From Candidatus Dormiibacterota bacterium (lineage in GTDB: Bacteria > Chloroflexota > Dormibacteria > Aeolococcales > Aeolococcaceae), in contig OY970355.1 in NCBI GenBank assembly GCA_963718525.1, positions 1,888,001 to 1,952,000 on the forward strand: a stretch of 64,000 nucleotides of DNA, read 5' to 3'. Under the pieces are notes generated by a model. That model was not told the origin of the DNA. It ran no database searches and saw only the letters and a program-made list of their open reading frames with translations. Each line of letters begins with the position of its first letter. Position 1 is the first letter of the stretch. The position numbers and the translations under genes were made by a program. Below, piece by piece: positions 36,634-46,815 of the stretch.

Positions 36634-37482
36634 TCAGTACTCGTAGAACCCGCGACCGCTCTTCTTGCCGAGGTAGCCGGCGGCCACCATGCGGCGGAGC
36701 AGCGGGGGAGGTGCGTAATCGCTGTTCGCGTACTCCTCGTAGAGCGATTCGCAGACGAACATCGCCGTGTCGAGGCCGATGTAGTCGAGCAGCTGGAGCG
36801 GTCCCATCGGATGGCCGCAGCCCAGGCGCATCCCCTCGTCGATGTCGTCCCGTGTGGCGAACCCGGATTCGTACACCCTGATCGCGTGGGTGAGGAACGG
36901 GATCAGCAGCAGGTTGACGATGAAGCCGCCGCGATCCTGGGCAACGATGATCCGCTTGCCGAGCCGCTCACCGAGGGCGCGCGTATCCGTCAGGGTGTCG
37001 TCGCTGGTGGCGATGCTGCGCACCACCTCGATGAGCTTCATCACCGGCGCCGGGTTGAAGAAGTGGGTCCCGATCACGCGATCCGGACGCCGGGTTGCGC
37101 GAGCGATCTCGATGATGGGCAGCGCCGAGGTGTTGGTCGAAAGGATCGCGTCGTCGCCGACGATGTGGTCGAGCTGCTCGAAGAGGGCAACCTTCGCCGG
37201 CAGCTGCTCGACGATGGCTTCGATGCAGAAGTCGCATTCCCCGAAGTCCTCGAGGCGCGGCGTGAATGTCAGGAGTCCGTTGATCCGATCGACATCCTCG
37301 TCGGTCAGCTTCCCGGTCCTGCGACCGCGCTCGAGCGACGCGTCGACGCGACGCTCACCGGCCGCGAGCTGCTCGGGTCCGGACTCGGTGACCAGGGTCC
37401 GGATCCCGTTGCGGGCACACACTTCAGCGATTCCCGAGCCCATCAGCCCCGCGCCGATGATCCCAACACACTGGATCTCCAT
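36634..37482 (-). CDS. hbd: 3-hydroxybutyryl-CoA dehydrogenase
   Basis: IGAGLMGSGIA, EAIVE, TNTSAL, HFFNPAP, HPMGPL and GKKSGRGFY. RBS AAGGAG. Confidence 0.92.
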   Translation of the reverse strand: MEIQCVGIIGAGLMGSGIAEVCARNGIRTLVTESGPEQLAAGERRVDASLERGRRTGKLTDEDVDRINGLLTFTPRLEDFGECDFCIEAIVEQLPAKVALFEQLDHIVGDDAILSTNTSALPIIEIARATRRPDRVIGTHFFNPAPVMKLIEVVRSIATSDDTLTDTRALGERLGKRIIVAQDRGGFIVNLLLIPFLTHAIRVYESGFATRDDIDEGMRLGCGHPMGPLQLLDYIGLDTAMFVCESLYEEYANSDYAPPPLLRRMVAAGYLGKKSGRGFYEY

Positions 37483-37582
37483 GGTTGACACTCCTTGAGG
37501 CGCATTCGATGGATCACGGTCGCGCGTTCGCGTGCCGCAGTCTGCCCGAGGGCGGGCGGCTCGCGCACCTATGATGGGCGGC

Positions 37583-37933
37583 ATGGGGTCACCGGGCACG
37601 ATCGCGCTGGTCAGTGACGATCTCATGTTCGCCAGTCAGCTCAGCACCACCATGAAGCGAGCGGGCGGGAGCGCTGTCATCGTCGCCGGTGATCCCGTCC
37701 CGGACGTGGACCTGGTCTTCGTGGACCTCAACACGGCCGTCGAGGCCCGCCTGGCGCTGATCGGTCGCCTGCGCAGCGAGCGCCCCGAGCAGGAGATCAT
37801 CGGCTTCTCGCATCATGGCGACCTCGAGATGCGCCGGCGCGCTCGTGCGGCGGGAGCGAACCGGGTGGTCAACAACGGCTCGATCCAGGTGGTGGCGCTC
37901 CGCCGGTCGGCTGACACCGAGCGAAGCGCGTGA
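37583..37933 (+). CDS. Single-domain CheY-like receiver protein (degenerate)
   Basis: DDLMF, LVFVDL, IIGFSH and ARAAGA pattern. TATGAT lies 7 nt upstream. Confidence 0.65.
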   Translation: MGSPGTIALVSDDLMFASQLSTTMKRAGGSAVIVAGDPVPDVDLVFVDLNTAVEARLALIGRLRSERPEQEIIGFSHHGDLEMRRRARAAGANRVVNNGSIQVVALRRSADTERSA

Positions 37934-39126
37934 TGACCGCCGTCACCGAAGGTCTCGACGCTCGCATTCGCTCCGAGGTTGACAGGACGCGCGAGGAGGT
38001 GGTCGAGACGCGGCGCACGCTGCACCGGCATCCCGAGCTGTCACTCGAGGAACGCGACACCGCTGACCTCGTCGCGCAGCGCAGCGCCGGCCTCGGTTTC
38101 ACGGTGCGCACGGGTATCGGTGGGACCGGCGTGCTCGCCGATCTCGACAGTGGCAGGCCGGGTCCGACCCTGATGCTGCGGGCCGACATGGATGCGCTAC
38201 CCATCGTGGAGCGGGGCGACGGTCGCGTGGTCACGTCGGAGGTCGATGGAGTCATGCATGCGTGCGGGCACGACGGCCACGTCGCGATGACGCTCGGAGC
38301 CGCGGCTGCGATGGTCGCGATGCGAGACAGCTGGTCGGGGCGTGTGCGGCTCTGCTTTCAGCCGGCCGAGGAGACCGCGTCCGGCGCGATGCCGATGATC
38401 AAGGACGGGGCTGCCGACGGTGTCGACCGCGTCCTCGGGATTCACCTCTGGGCGCCGCTCGCCACCGGACGTGTTGCAGTCAAGTCTGGCGTTATCTTCG
38501 GGAGCGCCGACAGCTTCTCCGTCACGATCCAGGGCCGTGGAGGTCACGGCGGCATGCCCCATACCGCCATCGACCCGGTGGTCGTCACGGCTCAGGTGAT
38601 CCTCGCAATCCAGTCGATCATCAGCCGCGAGACGTCGCCCTTCTCGCCCGCGGTGATCACCATCGGCAGGGTCACCGCCGGCACCGCGTTCAATGTCATC
38701 GCTGATTCCGCGGAGTTGCTAGGCACCACGCGCGCCATCGATGCGAGCGAGCGCGAACGCCTTCTCAAGCGTGTCGCGGAGATCGCCACAGCGGTGGCGA
38801 GTGGCTACGGCGCCGAGGCGCACTTCTGGCGGGGGAGTGGTTGCCCACCGGTTGTCTCGGACGCCGCGACCGCCGACCTCGTGCGCAGTGCCGCGGCGGC
38901 CACCGTCGGCGACGACCACGTCGACATCGCCGTGCCCATCACGGTCGGCGACGACATCGCCTGCTTCCTCGAACGCGCCCCCGGGTGCTACTTCCTGGTC
39001 GGCGCCGGCCATCCCGAACGGGGGCCCGTACCGCCGCATCACAGCGCGTACTTCGACATCGATGAGGCCGCGCTTCCGGTGGGAGTCGAGACGCTCGTGC
39101 GGGCCGGCCTCGACGTGCTCGGTTGA
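37930..39126 (+). CDS. M20 family amidohydrolase
   Basis: HRHPELS, RADMDALP, MHACGHD, FQPAEE, GGHG and HH. Confidence 0.93.
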   Translation: MMTAVTEGLDARIRSEVDRTREEVVETRRTLHRHPELSLEERDTADLVAQRSAGLGFTVRTGIGGTGVLADLDSGRPGPTLMLRADMDALPIVERGDGRVVTSEVDGVMHACGHDGHVAMTLGAAAAMVAMRDSWSGRVRLCFQPAEETASGAMPMIKDGAADGVDRVLGIHLWAPLATGRVAVKSGVIFGSADSFSVTIQGRGGHGGMPHTAIDPVVVTAQVILAIQSIISRETSPFSPAVITIGRVTAGTAFNVIADSAELLGTTRAIDASERERLLKRVAEIATAVASGYGAEAHFWRGSGCPPVVSDAATADLVRSAAAATVGDDHVDIAVPITVGDDIACFLERAPGCYFLVGAGHPERGPVPPHHSAYFDIDEAALPVGVETLVRAGLDVLG

Positions 39127-39674
39127 TGGACTTCATCCGTTCGCGCGAGGACCGCAACGACCTGTACAGCAACGTGGATCTCACCCCGCGCGCGACATCG
39201 GAGTCCGAGACCCTGCTGTCAATTGCGATGGAGATCGAGCACGCGAACAACTCGGGATACGTGCATGGCGGCACGATCATGCGTCTGGTCGATACCGCGG
39301 CCGGCATCGCCGCGGTGAAGCACGCGAGGCGGCGTGTCGTGACAGCGACCATGGACGAGATGAGCTTTCTCGCCCCGGTGTACATTGGCGACCTGCTCAC
39401 CGTGCGGGCACGGGTCAACGACGCGCACCGCACGTCGATGGAGATCAGCGTCCGCGTCGACGTCGAGCGCATCCCGTCCGGCGAGAAGTTGCATGTGGCA
39501 AGCGCGCACCTCGTCTACGTCGGCCTCGACCGCGACGGCCGTCCTGCGGAGGTCGCCAAGGTCATCGCCGAGACCAAGGAGGAGCGCCGCCGCCAGGCCG
39601 AGGCGCGAGTCCGCCGCGAGCAGCGCCTGCTGCGCAAGCGCGCGCTCGCCGACGCCGTGCACGATGCGGAGTGA
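39123..39674 (+). CDS. Hot-dog acyl-CoA thioesterase (YciA-like)
   Basis: AN..G.VHGG.IMRLVD, F.APV..GD and RTSMEI. Confidence 0.9.
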   Translation: MMDFIRSREDRNDLYSNVDLTPRATSESETLLSIAMEIEHANNSGYVHGGTIMRLVDTAAGIAAVKHARRRVVTATMDEMSFLAPVYIGDLLTVRARVNDAHRTSMEISVRVDVERIPSGEKLHVASAHLVYVGLDRDGRPAEVAKVIAETKEERRRQAEARVRREQRLLRKRALADAVHDAE

Positions 39675-39722
39675 CGGGGATGCTGCCCTCCCGCGCAATC
39701 CCTCGGGTACGATGACCGCGCC

Positions 39723-40472
39723 ATGTCCGAGGTGACCGCACCGCTGACCGTTCGGGACGCCACGGCGCCGACGGCCACCGCGCGTCAGCACATCCGCTTC
39801 GCCTTCCACCGGGTGCGGCCGGAATGGCGTCTCCGGCCCGCCACGGAGCGCGCCGCCGACCGGGAGGAGGTGGCTGCCCTGGTCCGCGACGTCGGTGACC
39901 GCGATGGCGTGCTCATCCGTTCATACAGCACCGTGGGCACACGCGGTGACGCCGATTTCCTGCTCTGGCTGGTCAGCGAACGTCTCGATGATCTGCACGA
40001 GTTCGCCGCGCGGCTGAACCGCACCCGGCTCGCCGCCTACCTCGAGTCTCCCTACAGCTACTTCTCGATGACCAAGCAGAGCATGTACGTCGAGAAGCAC
40101 CGCCACGAGCACCAGGAGGGGAGGAGCAACCGTCTGGTCATCGCGCCCACGGGACGTCGCTATCTCTTCGTCTACCCGTTCGTGAAGACTCGCGCCTGGT
40201 ACCGGCTGAGCCCCGACGAGCGCCAGCGCCAGATGAGCGAGCACATCGCCATGGGGCACAAGTACCCCGGGGTGAAGATCAACACCACCTACTCATTCGG
40301 GCTTGACGATCAGGACTTCGTGGTTGCGTTCGAGAGCGATTCCGTTGCGGATTTTCTCGACCTCGTGCACGAGATGCGTAGCAGCGAGGCATCCACCCAC
40401 ACCGTGCGCGACGTGCCGTCGTTCACATGCATCGCCATGGATATCGACGAGGTGCTGTCAGCGCTCGGTTAG
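39723..40472 (+). CDS. Chlorite dismutase-family heme protein, likely coproheme decarboxylase (ChdC/HemQ)
   Basis: YSTVGTRGDADF, S.Y, VYPFVK..AWY, M.EH...G and YSFGLDDQDFVV. Confidence 0.8.
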   Translation: MSEVTAPLTVRDATAPTATARQHIRFAFHRVRPEWRLRPATERAADREEVAALVRDVGDRDGVLIRSYSTVGTRGDADFLLWLVSERLDDLHEFAARLNRTRLAAYLESPYSYFSMTKQSMYVEKHRHEHQEGRSNRLVIAPTGRRYLFVYPFVKTRAWYRLSPDERQRQMSEHIAMGHKYPGVKINTTYSFGLDDQDFVVAFESDSVADFLDLVHEMRSSEASTHTVRDVPSFTCIAMDIDEVLSALG

Positions 40473-41779
40473 CCCGCGAGCACCGCGCGTCGACGCTCCG
40501 CGGCCTGCAGTGAGGCGAGCATCACCTCCATGATGTGCATCACCTTGACGTTCGGCGCGTAGCGCGCGGCCCCTGCGCGCAGCTGGAGCAGGCACGAGAT
40601 GTTCTCGGTCACCACGATCTCCGCTCCACTGGCGCGGATGTTGTCGAATTTGCGACGGAGGATCGCCTCACTGCGCTCGGGTTGCCGCGCGAAGTACGTC
40701 CCCGCGCCGCCACAGCACATCGCACGCTCGTTCAGCGGGACGACGTCGAGATGGGGGATCTGCTCGAGCAGCCGCCGCATCGCACCTCGCTCGGGTCCGT
40801 CGATCGGCAGCGCGCACGGCTCATCGACGGTGACGCGCCAGCGGAGCGGCCCGAGGGTGCCGCGGACGCCGTTGCGGTCGAGGAAATCACTGGCGAGGGC
40901 TGTGTGATGGGCAATCTCCACCGCGCGATGACCGACCTGGCGATCATCGCCGGCGATGCTCCCATACTCGCGGTAGTGCTCGGTGCATGACGCGGTGTCG
41001 CCGATGTATGCGTCGACGTCGAGGTGGCTCATCGCCGCGCTGTTCTTGACCGCCATGTCCACCATCGCGTCGCGGTCACCGAGGGTGCGCGCCGGCAAAC
41101 CGCTGCAGCCGAGCTGCGGCACCTGGACGCTGTAGCCGGAGCCGAGCAACACCCGGATGGTTGCGTCGGTTGATTCCGGCGCGGTGAGATTCTCGAGGCA
41201 GCAGACCAGCACCGCCACGTTGCCGCGCAGCGGCAGCGTGGGCGCCGGCAGGTCACCGAGCATCTGGTGGACCGTGCGATCCGGCGGGGGACCGCTCTGC
41301 TCGGCGAGCGCGCCGAGGGTACCCAGCCACGACAGCATCCCGGTGCGGCGCGCCAGCCCGTAGAGCCCGGTGCGCCGGGTGAAACGCGCGAACGTGTGGA
41401 GCGCACGCAGCGCACCGGGCCGTGGCAGCACGTTGCGCAGCGCGAAGGACTGGGCCCACGGATACCCCTCCTGCGCATGCAGCTCCTGGCGCGCTCTGCT
41501 GACGATGTGCCCGGTCGGAACGCGCGGCGCGCATGCGGCGACGCAGTTGTCGCAGGTCAGGCAGGTCGACAGCGGGCCGTCGGCGATGTCACGCAGCTCG
41601 AGGCGGCCCTCCATGGCATCGCGAATCAGTGCGATCCGTCCGCGCGCCGTCTCCCATTCCACGGGATTCACGACGTATGCCGGGCACGTGGCCTGACACA
41701 GCGAGCACTTGTTGCATTCGCTCGCCGCCTCGTAGACGTCGGCAAGGAAGCGCGGGGTCGGGACGGCGGCGCCGGCCAT
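40469..41779 (-). CDS. GlcF-like Fe-S oxidoreductase subunit (two 4Fe-4S motifs plus CCG domains)
   Basis: CNKCSLCQATCP, CLTCDNCVAAC, CCGGAG and NISC. Confidence 0.85.
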   Translation of the reverse strand: MAGAAVPTPRFLADVYEAASECNKCSLCQATCPAYVVNPVEWETARGRIALIRDAMEGRLELRDIADGPLSTCLTCDNCVAACAPRVPTGHIVSRARQELHAQEGYPWAQSFALRNVLPRPGALRALHTFARFTRRTGLYGLARRTGMLSWLGTLGALAEQSGPPPDRTVHQMLGDLPAPTLPLRGNVAVLVCCLENLTAPESTDATIRVLLGSGYSVQVPQLGCSGLPARTLGDRDAMVDMAVKNSAAMSHLDVDAYIGDTASCTEHYREYGSIAGDDRQVGHRAVEIAHHTALASDFLDRNGVRGTLGPLRWRVTVDEPCALPIDGPERGAMRRLLEQIPHLDVVPLNERAMCCGGAGTYFARQPERSEAILRRKFDNIRASGAEIVVTENISCLLQLRAGAARYAPNVKVMHIMEVMLASLQAAERRRAVLAG

Positions 41780-41856
41780 TGGGCCGGGATTGTAGACGAG
41801 ATCGCGAACCGCTCAACCGGCGATGGCGCGGGCCGCCGATCCGTAGAGTTGCGTCG

Positions 41857-43440
41857 ATGATCGCGGACTACCACGTGGAAGCTTTCACGGACGAGGAGCG
41901 GCAGCTGCTCGCCCCGCATGTGACCAATCTCGATCGCCCGGTGTTCGCGCTCACCAATCTTCCGCAGGTCACCGCCGCCGCGCTGTTCGCCCGGTACAGC
42001 CGCAGCTCGAAAAGCCTTCGCCGTCTCCTCGTCGACGAATTCCTTGCCGGGGGCTCGGCGGGCGCGGCAGCATCGGCCGATGCGGGGCGGGAGCGGGCGT
42101 CGGATCTCTTTGGACGTGTGCTCGCCGAATACGGGGACGACTCCGTTGCCCAGCTCGCCGGCGTGCACCTCGCGTGCGAACAGGTCTCCCAACCGCTTGC
42201 CAAGGCGATCGAATGGGGACGGCTCGCCGCCTATTTGGAGCAGTCGACGCGCTACATCCCGTACACGGATCGCCGGGACGGTCACTATCGCTACCTGCGC
42301 GACCGCGAGCTGCTCTCGTCGCCGCTCGGCGCGACCTACTCGAAGGCGATGGACCTGCTCTTCGACACGTACTCGGAGCTGCGCGAGCCACTCGCCCGGC
42401 ACCTCGACGAGACCCTGCCGCCCGAACCGGACGAGAAGGCGCGCCGCCGCGCGATCCGGGCGCTCGCGCTCGACCTGATGCGTGGACTGCTCCCGGCGGG
42501 GACGGTGAGCAACGTTGGGATGTTCGCGTCTCCCCAGGCGTACGAGCAACTCGTGCTCCGCCTTCGTGCGCACCCGCTGCCCGAGGCGCGCGCATATGCC
42601 GAGCTGATCAACGCGGAACTGCAGAAGCTCATCCCTGAGTTCCTGACGCGTCTCGATCGCCCCGACCGAGGTGCTGTGTGGGTCGCATACCTGCGCGAAA
42701 CGGCTGCCGCGCTCGCTCACCAGGCAGACGCGCTCTCCCCGGAGGGCGAATGGGGGCCCACCGGCGTGACGCTGGTGGAGTGGGACGGCGACGGCGAGGA
42801 CCGGATCCTCGCCTCAGCGCTCTTCCCGTACTCACACGCGTCGCAGGAACGGCTGCTGGCTGCGGTACGTCCGCTCTCGGATGCTCGGCGCCAGGCGCTC
42901 TTCGCGGCCGCCGTCGGGCATCGCGGCAATCGCCGCCATCGCCCCGGCCGTGGGTTCGAGCACTGTGACTACACCTTCGAGGTCGTCTCCGACTACGGCG
43001 CTTTCCGCGACCTGCAGCGCCACCGCATGCTCACGATCCAGTGGCAGGAGCTGACGCCGTCGCTGGGGTACGAGGTCCCCGATGCGGTCGTCGATGCCGG
43101 GCTCGCCGAACGCTGGCATGTCGCCGTCCGGGAGGCAGAGGCCGCGTATCGCGAGATCGCCGACACGTTCCCGCAGCAGGCCGGCTACCTGGTCACGCTC
43201 GGCCACCGCGTGCGATACGTGATCAAGCTCAACGCACGCGAGGCGATGCACATGATCGAGCTGCGCACGTCGCCGCAGGGCCATCCGAGCTACCGGCAGA
43301 TCTGCAAGGAGATGCTCCGTCTCATCGATGAGGTCGCCGGTCACCATCTGATAGCGAGGGCGGTTCGTTTTGTGGGATTGGACGACGTCCACCTGCCGCG
43401 ATACGCTGCCGAGGCCGCGAGCACGTCAACGGCTGACTGA
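41857..43440 (+). CDS. thyX: FAD-dependent thymidylate synthase, tandem two-domain form
   Basis: ARYSRS, YGDDSVAQL, EQSTRY, R.LLP, FRDLQRHR, NAREAMH.IELR and GH.SYR. Confidence 0.85.
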   Translation: MIADYHVEAFTDEERQLLAPHVTNLDRPVFALTNLPQVTAAALFARYSRSSKSLRRLLVDEFLAGGSAGAAASADAGRERASDLFGRVLAEYGDDSVAQLAGVHLACEQVSQPLAKAIEWGRLAAYLEQSTRYIPYTDRRDGHYRYLRDRELLSSPLGATYSKAMDLLFDTYSELREPLARHLDETLPPEPDEKARRRAIRALALDLMRGLLPAGTVSNVGMFASPQAYEQLVLRLRAHPLPEARAYAELINAELQKLIPEFLTRLDRPDRGAVWVAYLRETAAALAHQADALSPEGEWGPTGVTLVEWDGDGEDRILASALFPYSHASQERLLAAVRPLSDARRQALFAAAVGHRGNRRHRPGRGFEHCDYTFEVVSDYGAFRDLQRHRMLTIQWQELTPSLGYEVPDAVVDAGLAERWHVAVREAEAAYREIADTFPQQAGYLVTLGHRVRYVIKLNAREAMHMIELRTSPQGHPSYRQICKEMLRLIDEVAGHHLIARAVRFVGLDDVHLPRYAAEAASTSTAD

Positions 43441-43496
43441 GCACCCGGGCCGAGGAACGGCCGTCCACGGCCGGTACAGCATGTCAATCTGACGTC

Positions 43497-44387
43497 GTGA
43501 AGCGCCGCGTGACATCGATCGCCGGATGGGCAACACACACATATCCTGGACGGCTCATCGCCGCATTCGGCTCGAGCCAGGCGGGCAACTATGCGTCGGG
43601 TCTGGCGTTCAACGCGTTCCTCAGCATGTTCCCGCTCATCCTCGGGTTGCTCGCGATCCTCGGCTTCGCGACGCAGTCACCTGACGCCAAGATGAAGGTC
43701 CTCGACGCGATTCTCGGGTTCTTCCCGCAAACAGCCCATGCGGAGCTGGTGGCCACGTTCACCGGTGTCCAGCAGCATTCGGGGCTGCTCGGCATCGTCA
43801 GCCTGGTGGGCCTCCTATGGGGCGGCAGCAGCCTCTTCACTGGGATGGAGTTCGCGCTGAGCGTGATCATCGGTGGCCGCCAGCGCAGCTTTCTACGGCA
43901 GCGAGGCATGGCGCTGGCCATGACCATCCTGTTCGTCGTCGCCCTGGTCGCCACCGTCGGCATCAATTCGATCGTCGCGATTCCTGGAGTCATCTGGATC
44001 TTTGAGCCGGTGGTCGGCCTGCTGGTGTGGTGCGGGTTCATGCTCGCGGTGTACCGGCTGGTCCCCAACCGCACCCACCGGGTGTCGGAAACCTGGCCCG
44101 GCGTGGTCATCGCCGGGACCGCGATGGAGATCCTCACGCTGCTGTGGCCCCTGTACGGACGCCTTTCCCACAACTTTTCGACGTATGGCTCGACCTTCGC
44201 CCTGTTCTTCGTGCTCGCCAGCTGGCTGTACTTCCTGGCTCAGTTCATCCTGCTCGGCGCCGTCGCCAACCGCATGCACGCCGGCGAGCCGGATGCTCGC
44301 GGCCTTCTCGGCGAACGGCCGGCCAGTCGACAGAAGGTCGCAGAAGCGTCTCGGACCGGTGGCGAGGTTTCCCGGACGGGGGCGTGA
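43497..44387 (+). CDS. YihY/BrkB-family membrane protein
   Basis: A..LAF..FLSMFP, YRLVPN, TYG and WLY...ILLGA. Confidence 0.88.
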   Translation: MKRRVTSIAGWATHTYPGRLIAAFGSSQAGNYASGLAFNAFLSMFPLILGLLAILGFATQSPDAKMKVLDAILGFFPQTAHAELVATFTGVQQHSGLLGIVSLVGLLWGGSSLFTGMEFALSVIIGGRQRSFLRQRGMALAMTILFVVALVATVGINSIVAIPGVIWIFEPVVGLLVWCGFMLAVYRLVPNRTHRVSETWPGVVIAGTAMEILTLLWPLYGRLSHNFSTYGSTFALFFVLASWLYFLAQFILLGAVANRMHAGEPDARGLLGERPASRQKVAEASRTGGEVSRTGA

Positions 44388-44405
44388 CGTATGATTGGGA
44401 GCACC

Positions 44406-44795
44406 ATGGCAATCACCTCTCCCTCGATCGTCACGATCTCCGACACCGCCCGTGAGCAGCTCAAGGGTCTCATCGCCGACCAGCCTGCCGACCGCGCACT
44501 CGGACTTCGGGTCTTCATCCAGTCTGGTGGATGCTCAGGCTTCTCGTACGGCATGGGCCTGGATGAGAATCCACCCCGCGACGACGACCAGGTTGTCGAC
44601 GTCGATGGAGGCATCAAGGTGTATGTGGATGCGTACTCGTCGCAGTACCTCCAGGGCGCCGAGATCGATTACGTCGACGAGCTGATGGGTGGCGGATTCA
44701 CCATCCACAATCCCAACGCCGTTCGCACTTGCGGTTGTGGTCACTCGTTCCAGACTGCAGACTCCGCGGGCGAAGCCAAGTCCTGCTCCCACTGA
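44406..44795 (+). CDS. A-type Fe-S carrier (HesB/IscA/ErpA)
   Basis: GGCSGFSY, IDY and NPNAVRTCGCGHSF. Confidence 0.95.
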   Translation: MAITSPSIVTISDTAREQLKGLIADQPADRALGLRVFIQSGGCSGFSYGMGLDENPPRDDDQVVDVDGGIKVYVDAYSSQYLQGAEIDYVDELMGGGFTIHNPNAVRTCGCGHSFQTADSAGEAKSCSH

Positions 44796-44839
44796 GGGAG
44801 TTCTGACCGGCGGCTGGCCGGCGCTGCATCCGTCTGGGC

Positions 44840-46303
44840 TCAGGCGACAGGCACGGCGCTCGTCGCATCCGCGGTGCGGCGCATCGTTGAGGCTGCGTCG
44901 CGGTCTTTGATGGCGAGGGCGATGATGGCGCCGACCAGGGTGAATCCGGCGGCGGCGAAGAAGGCGATACGGAACACGGTGACGTTGCCTGCGAGGCTCG
45001 CAGTCCCGCTCTGGGTGCCGATGATGGTCGAGAGCGTCGCCACGCCGAGGGCGGCCGCGAGCTGGCGCTGGGCGTTGTAGAGCGCGGTGGCTCGCCCTGT
45101 GTCACGGGGCGAGATCTGCGCGAAGACACCGGCGTTCATCGAGATCACCACGTATGCCCATCCCACACCGACGAAGAACATCACCACTCGGAAGACCCAG
45201 AGGTTGCCGTTCAGCAGGAATGCAAGCAGGGAGGTCGCGACGGTGACGCCGACCAGGCCCCCGCTGATGAGACGGCGAGGCCCGATGCGTGGGTAGAGGC
45301 GCCCGACCAGCTGCGACGAGACCAGCACCCCGAGCGCTTCCGGAGCTGTGCTCGACCCGGACACGAGAGCGGAGAGTCCGCGGCCGGTCTGCAGCCAGAT
45401 CGGCGCGACGAAGAGCAGCCCGAGGAATCCCGCGGCGGCGAACAGTGACGCGAGGTTGGCCACCCCGAAGAGGCGGTTGCGCAGCAGCCTGAAGTCGATC
45501 ATCGGTTGCTCGGTATGCAGCTCCACCCAGACGAGCGCGGCGATGAGCGCCGCTCCGCCCACCGCGGTGACGACGATGAGCGGCGACGCCCAGCCGAGGG
45601 TCGCCGCCTCGCTGAGCGCGTAGAGGAAGAGTCCAAAGCCGAGGGCCGCCAGGAGAAAGCCCGGCAGGTCGAAACGCTCCCCGGCGCGCTCGCGATGCTC
45701 GGTGAGCTGCAGCGCGCTGAAGACCAGGGCGGCGAGGCCGATCGGGACGTTCACGAAGAACACCCAGCGCCAGGATAGGCTGTCGACGAGCGCGCCCCCG
45801 ATGAGGGGTCCAAGGGCCGGCGCCATCACGGTGGGGATCACGAGGATGCGCGCGACTCGCGCACGCTGCGCGGGCGGGTAGGCGCGGTACAGCATCGCCA
45901 TGCCCACCGGCGTGAGCATGCCGCCGCCCGCGCCCTGGAGAACGCGGAACAGCACCAGTTCGACCAGCGACTGGGACAGCCCGCAGAGCGCCGACGCGGC
46001 CGTGAACAGCAGGACCGCCGCAATGAAGGTGCGCTTGGTGCCGAAGCGATCACCGACCCATCCCGAGGCGGGGATCCAGACGGCGAGACTCACCAGGTAG
46101 CCGACCACGACGCCGTCGGTCGCCGCAGGACTCACGCTGAAGTTGCGAGCGATCGCCGGCAGCGCGACATAGACGATCGTCGCATCCATGATCGTCATGA
46201 ACATGGCGACGACGTAGATCATCGCGATGATCTGCTGGTAGGAGAGTCGCACCCCGCGCACGCCACCATCCTCGCTCAGGCGTCTCGATCGCCGCCTCGG
46301 CAC
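44840..46303 (-). CDS. DHA2 (EmrB/QacA) MFS efflux transporter
   Basis: D.TIV.VALP, GWVGDRFG, FRVLQG, WRWVFFVNVPIG and about 14 TM segments. Start uncertain. Confidence 0.92.
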   Translation of the reverse strand: MPRRRSRRLSEDGGVRGVRLSYQQIIAMIYVVAMFMTIMDATIVYVALPAIARNFSVSPAATDGVVVGYLVSLAVWIPASGWVGDRFGTKRTFIAAVLLFTAASALCGLSQSLVELVLFRVLQGAGGGMLTPVGMAMLYRAYPPAQRARVARILVIPTVMAPALGPLIGGALVDSLSWRWVFFVNVPIGLAALVFSALQLTEHRERAGERFDLPGFLLAALGFGLFLYALSEAATLGWASPLIVVTAVGGAALIAALVWVELHTEQPMIDFRLLRNRLFGVANLASLFAAAGFLGLLFVAPIWLQTGRGLSALVSGSSTAPEALGVLVSSQLVGRLYPRIGPRRLISGGLVGVTVATSLLAFLLNGNLWVFRVVMFFVGVGWAYVVISMNAGVFAQISPRDTGRATALYNAQRQLAAALGVATLSTIIGTQSGTASLAGNVTVFRIAFFAAAGFTLVGAIIALAIKDRDAASTMRRTADATSAVPVA

Positions 46304-46344
46304 GCCCCTGTTTGGCTCGAGAGCGTGCGGGTAAGCTTGACGCC

Positions 46345-46803
46345 ATGGAAGTCAAGGAACTCGGTCACATCGTCCTGTACGTTCACAACATCGAGCGATC
46401 CGCCACGTTCTACGGCGACGTCCTCGGCTGGAAGCGGCTCGTGGCCGCCGAGGGCGGCCCCTTGGGCCGCGTGCCGGTTGCCCTGTTCAGCAGCGGCCGG
46501 ACGCATCATGAGTTGCTGCTCATCGAGGTGGGCGAGGACGCGCAGGACCTGCCGCGCGGCAGGCACGTCGGTCTCTATCACTTCGGCCTCAAGGTGGGGG
46601 ACACCGACGACGAGTTGCGCGACGCGATACGCCGCTGTCAGGAGGCGGGCGTGCAGATCGTCGGCACCAGTGACCACACCGTCAGCCACAGCCTGTACAT
46701 CGTCGATCCCGATGGCAACGAGATCGAGCTGTATATCGACGTCCCCGGCGTGAGCTGGGACCTGGAACATGTCATGGCGCCCGTGAAGGCGCTTGCTCTG
46801 TAA
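46345..46803 (+). CDS. VOC/glyoxalase family protein
   Basis: LGHIVL, FYGDVLG, HHEL, LYHFGL and DPDGNEIE. Confidence 0.9.
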   Translation: MEVKELGHIVLYVHNIERSATFYGDVLGWKRLVAAEGGPLGRVPVALFSSGRTHHELLLIEVGEDAQDLPRGRHVGLYHFGLKVGDTDDELRDAIRRCQEAGVQIVGTSDHTVSHSLYIVDPDGNEIELYIDVPGVSWDLEHVMAPVKALAL

Positions 46804-46815
46804 GGAATTTCGACC

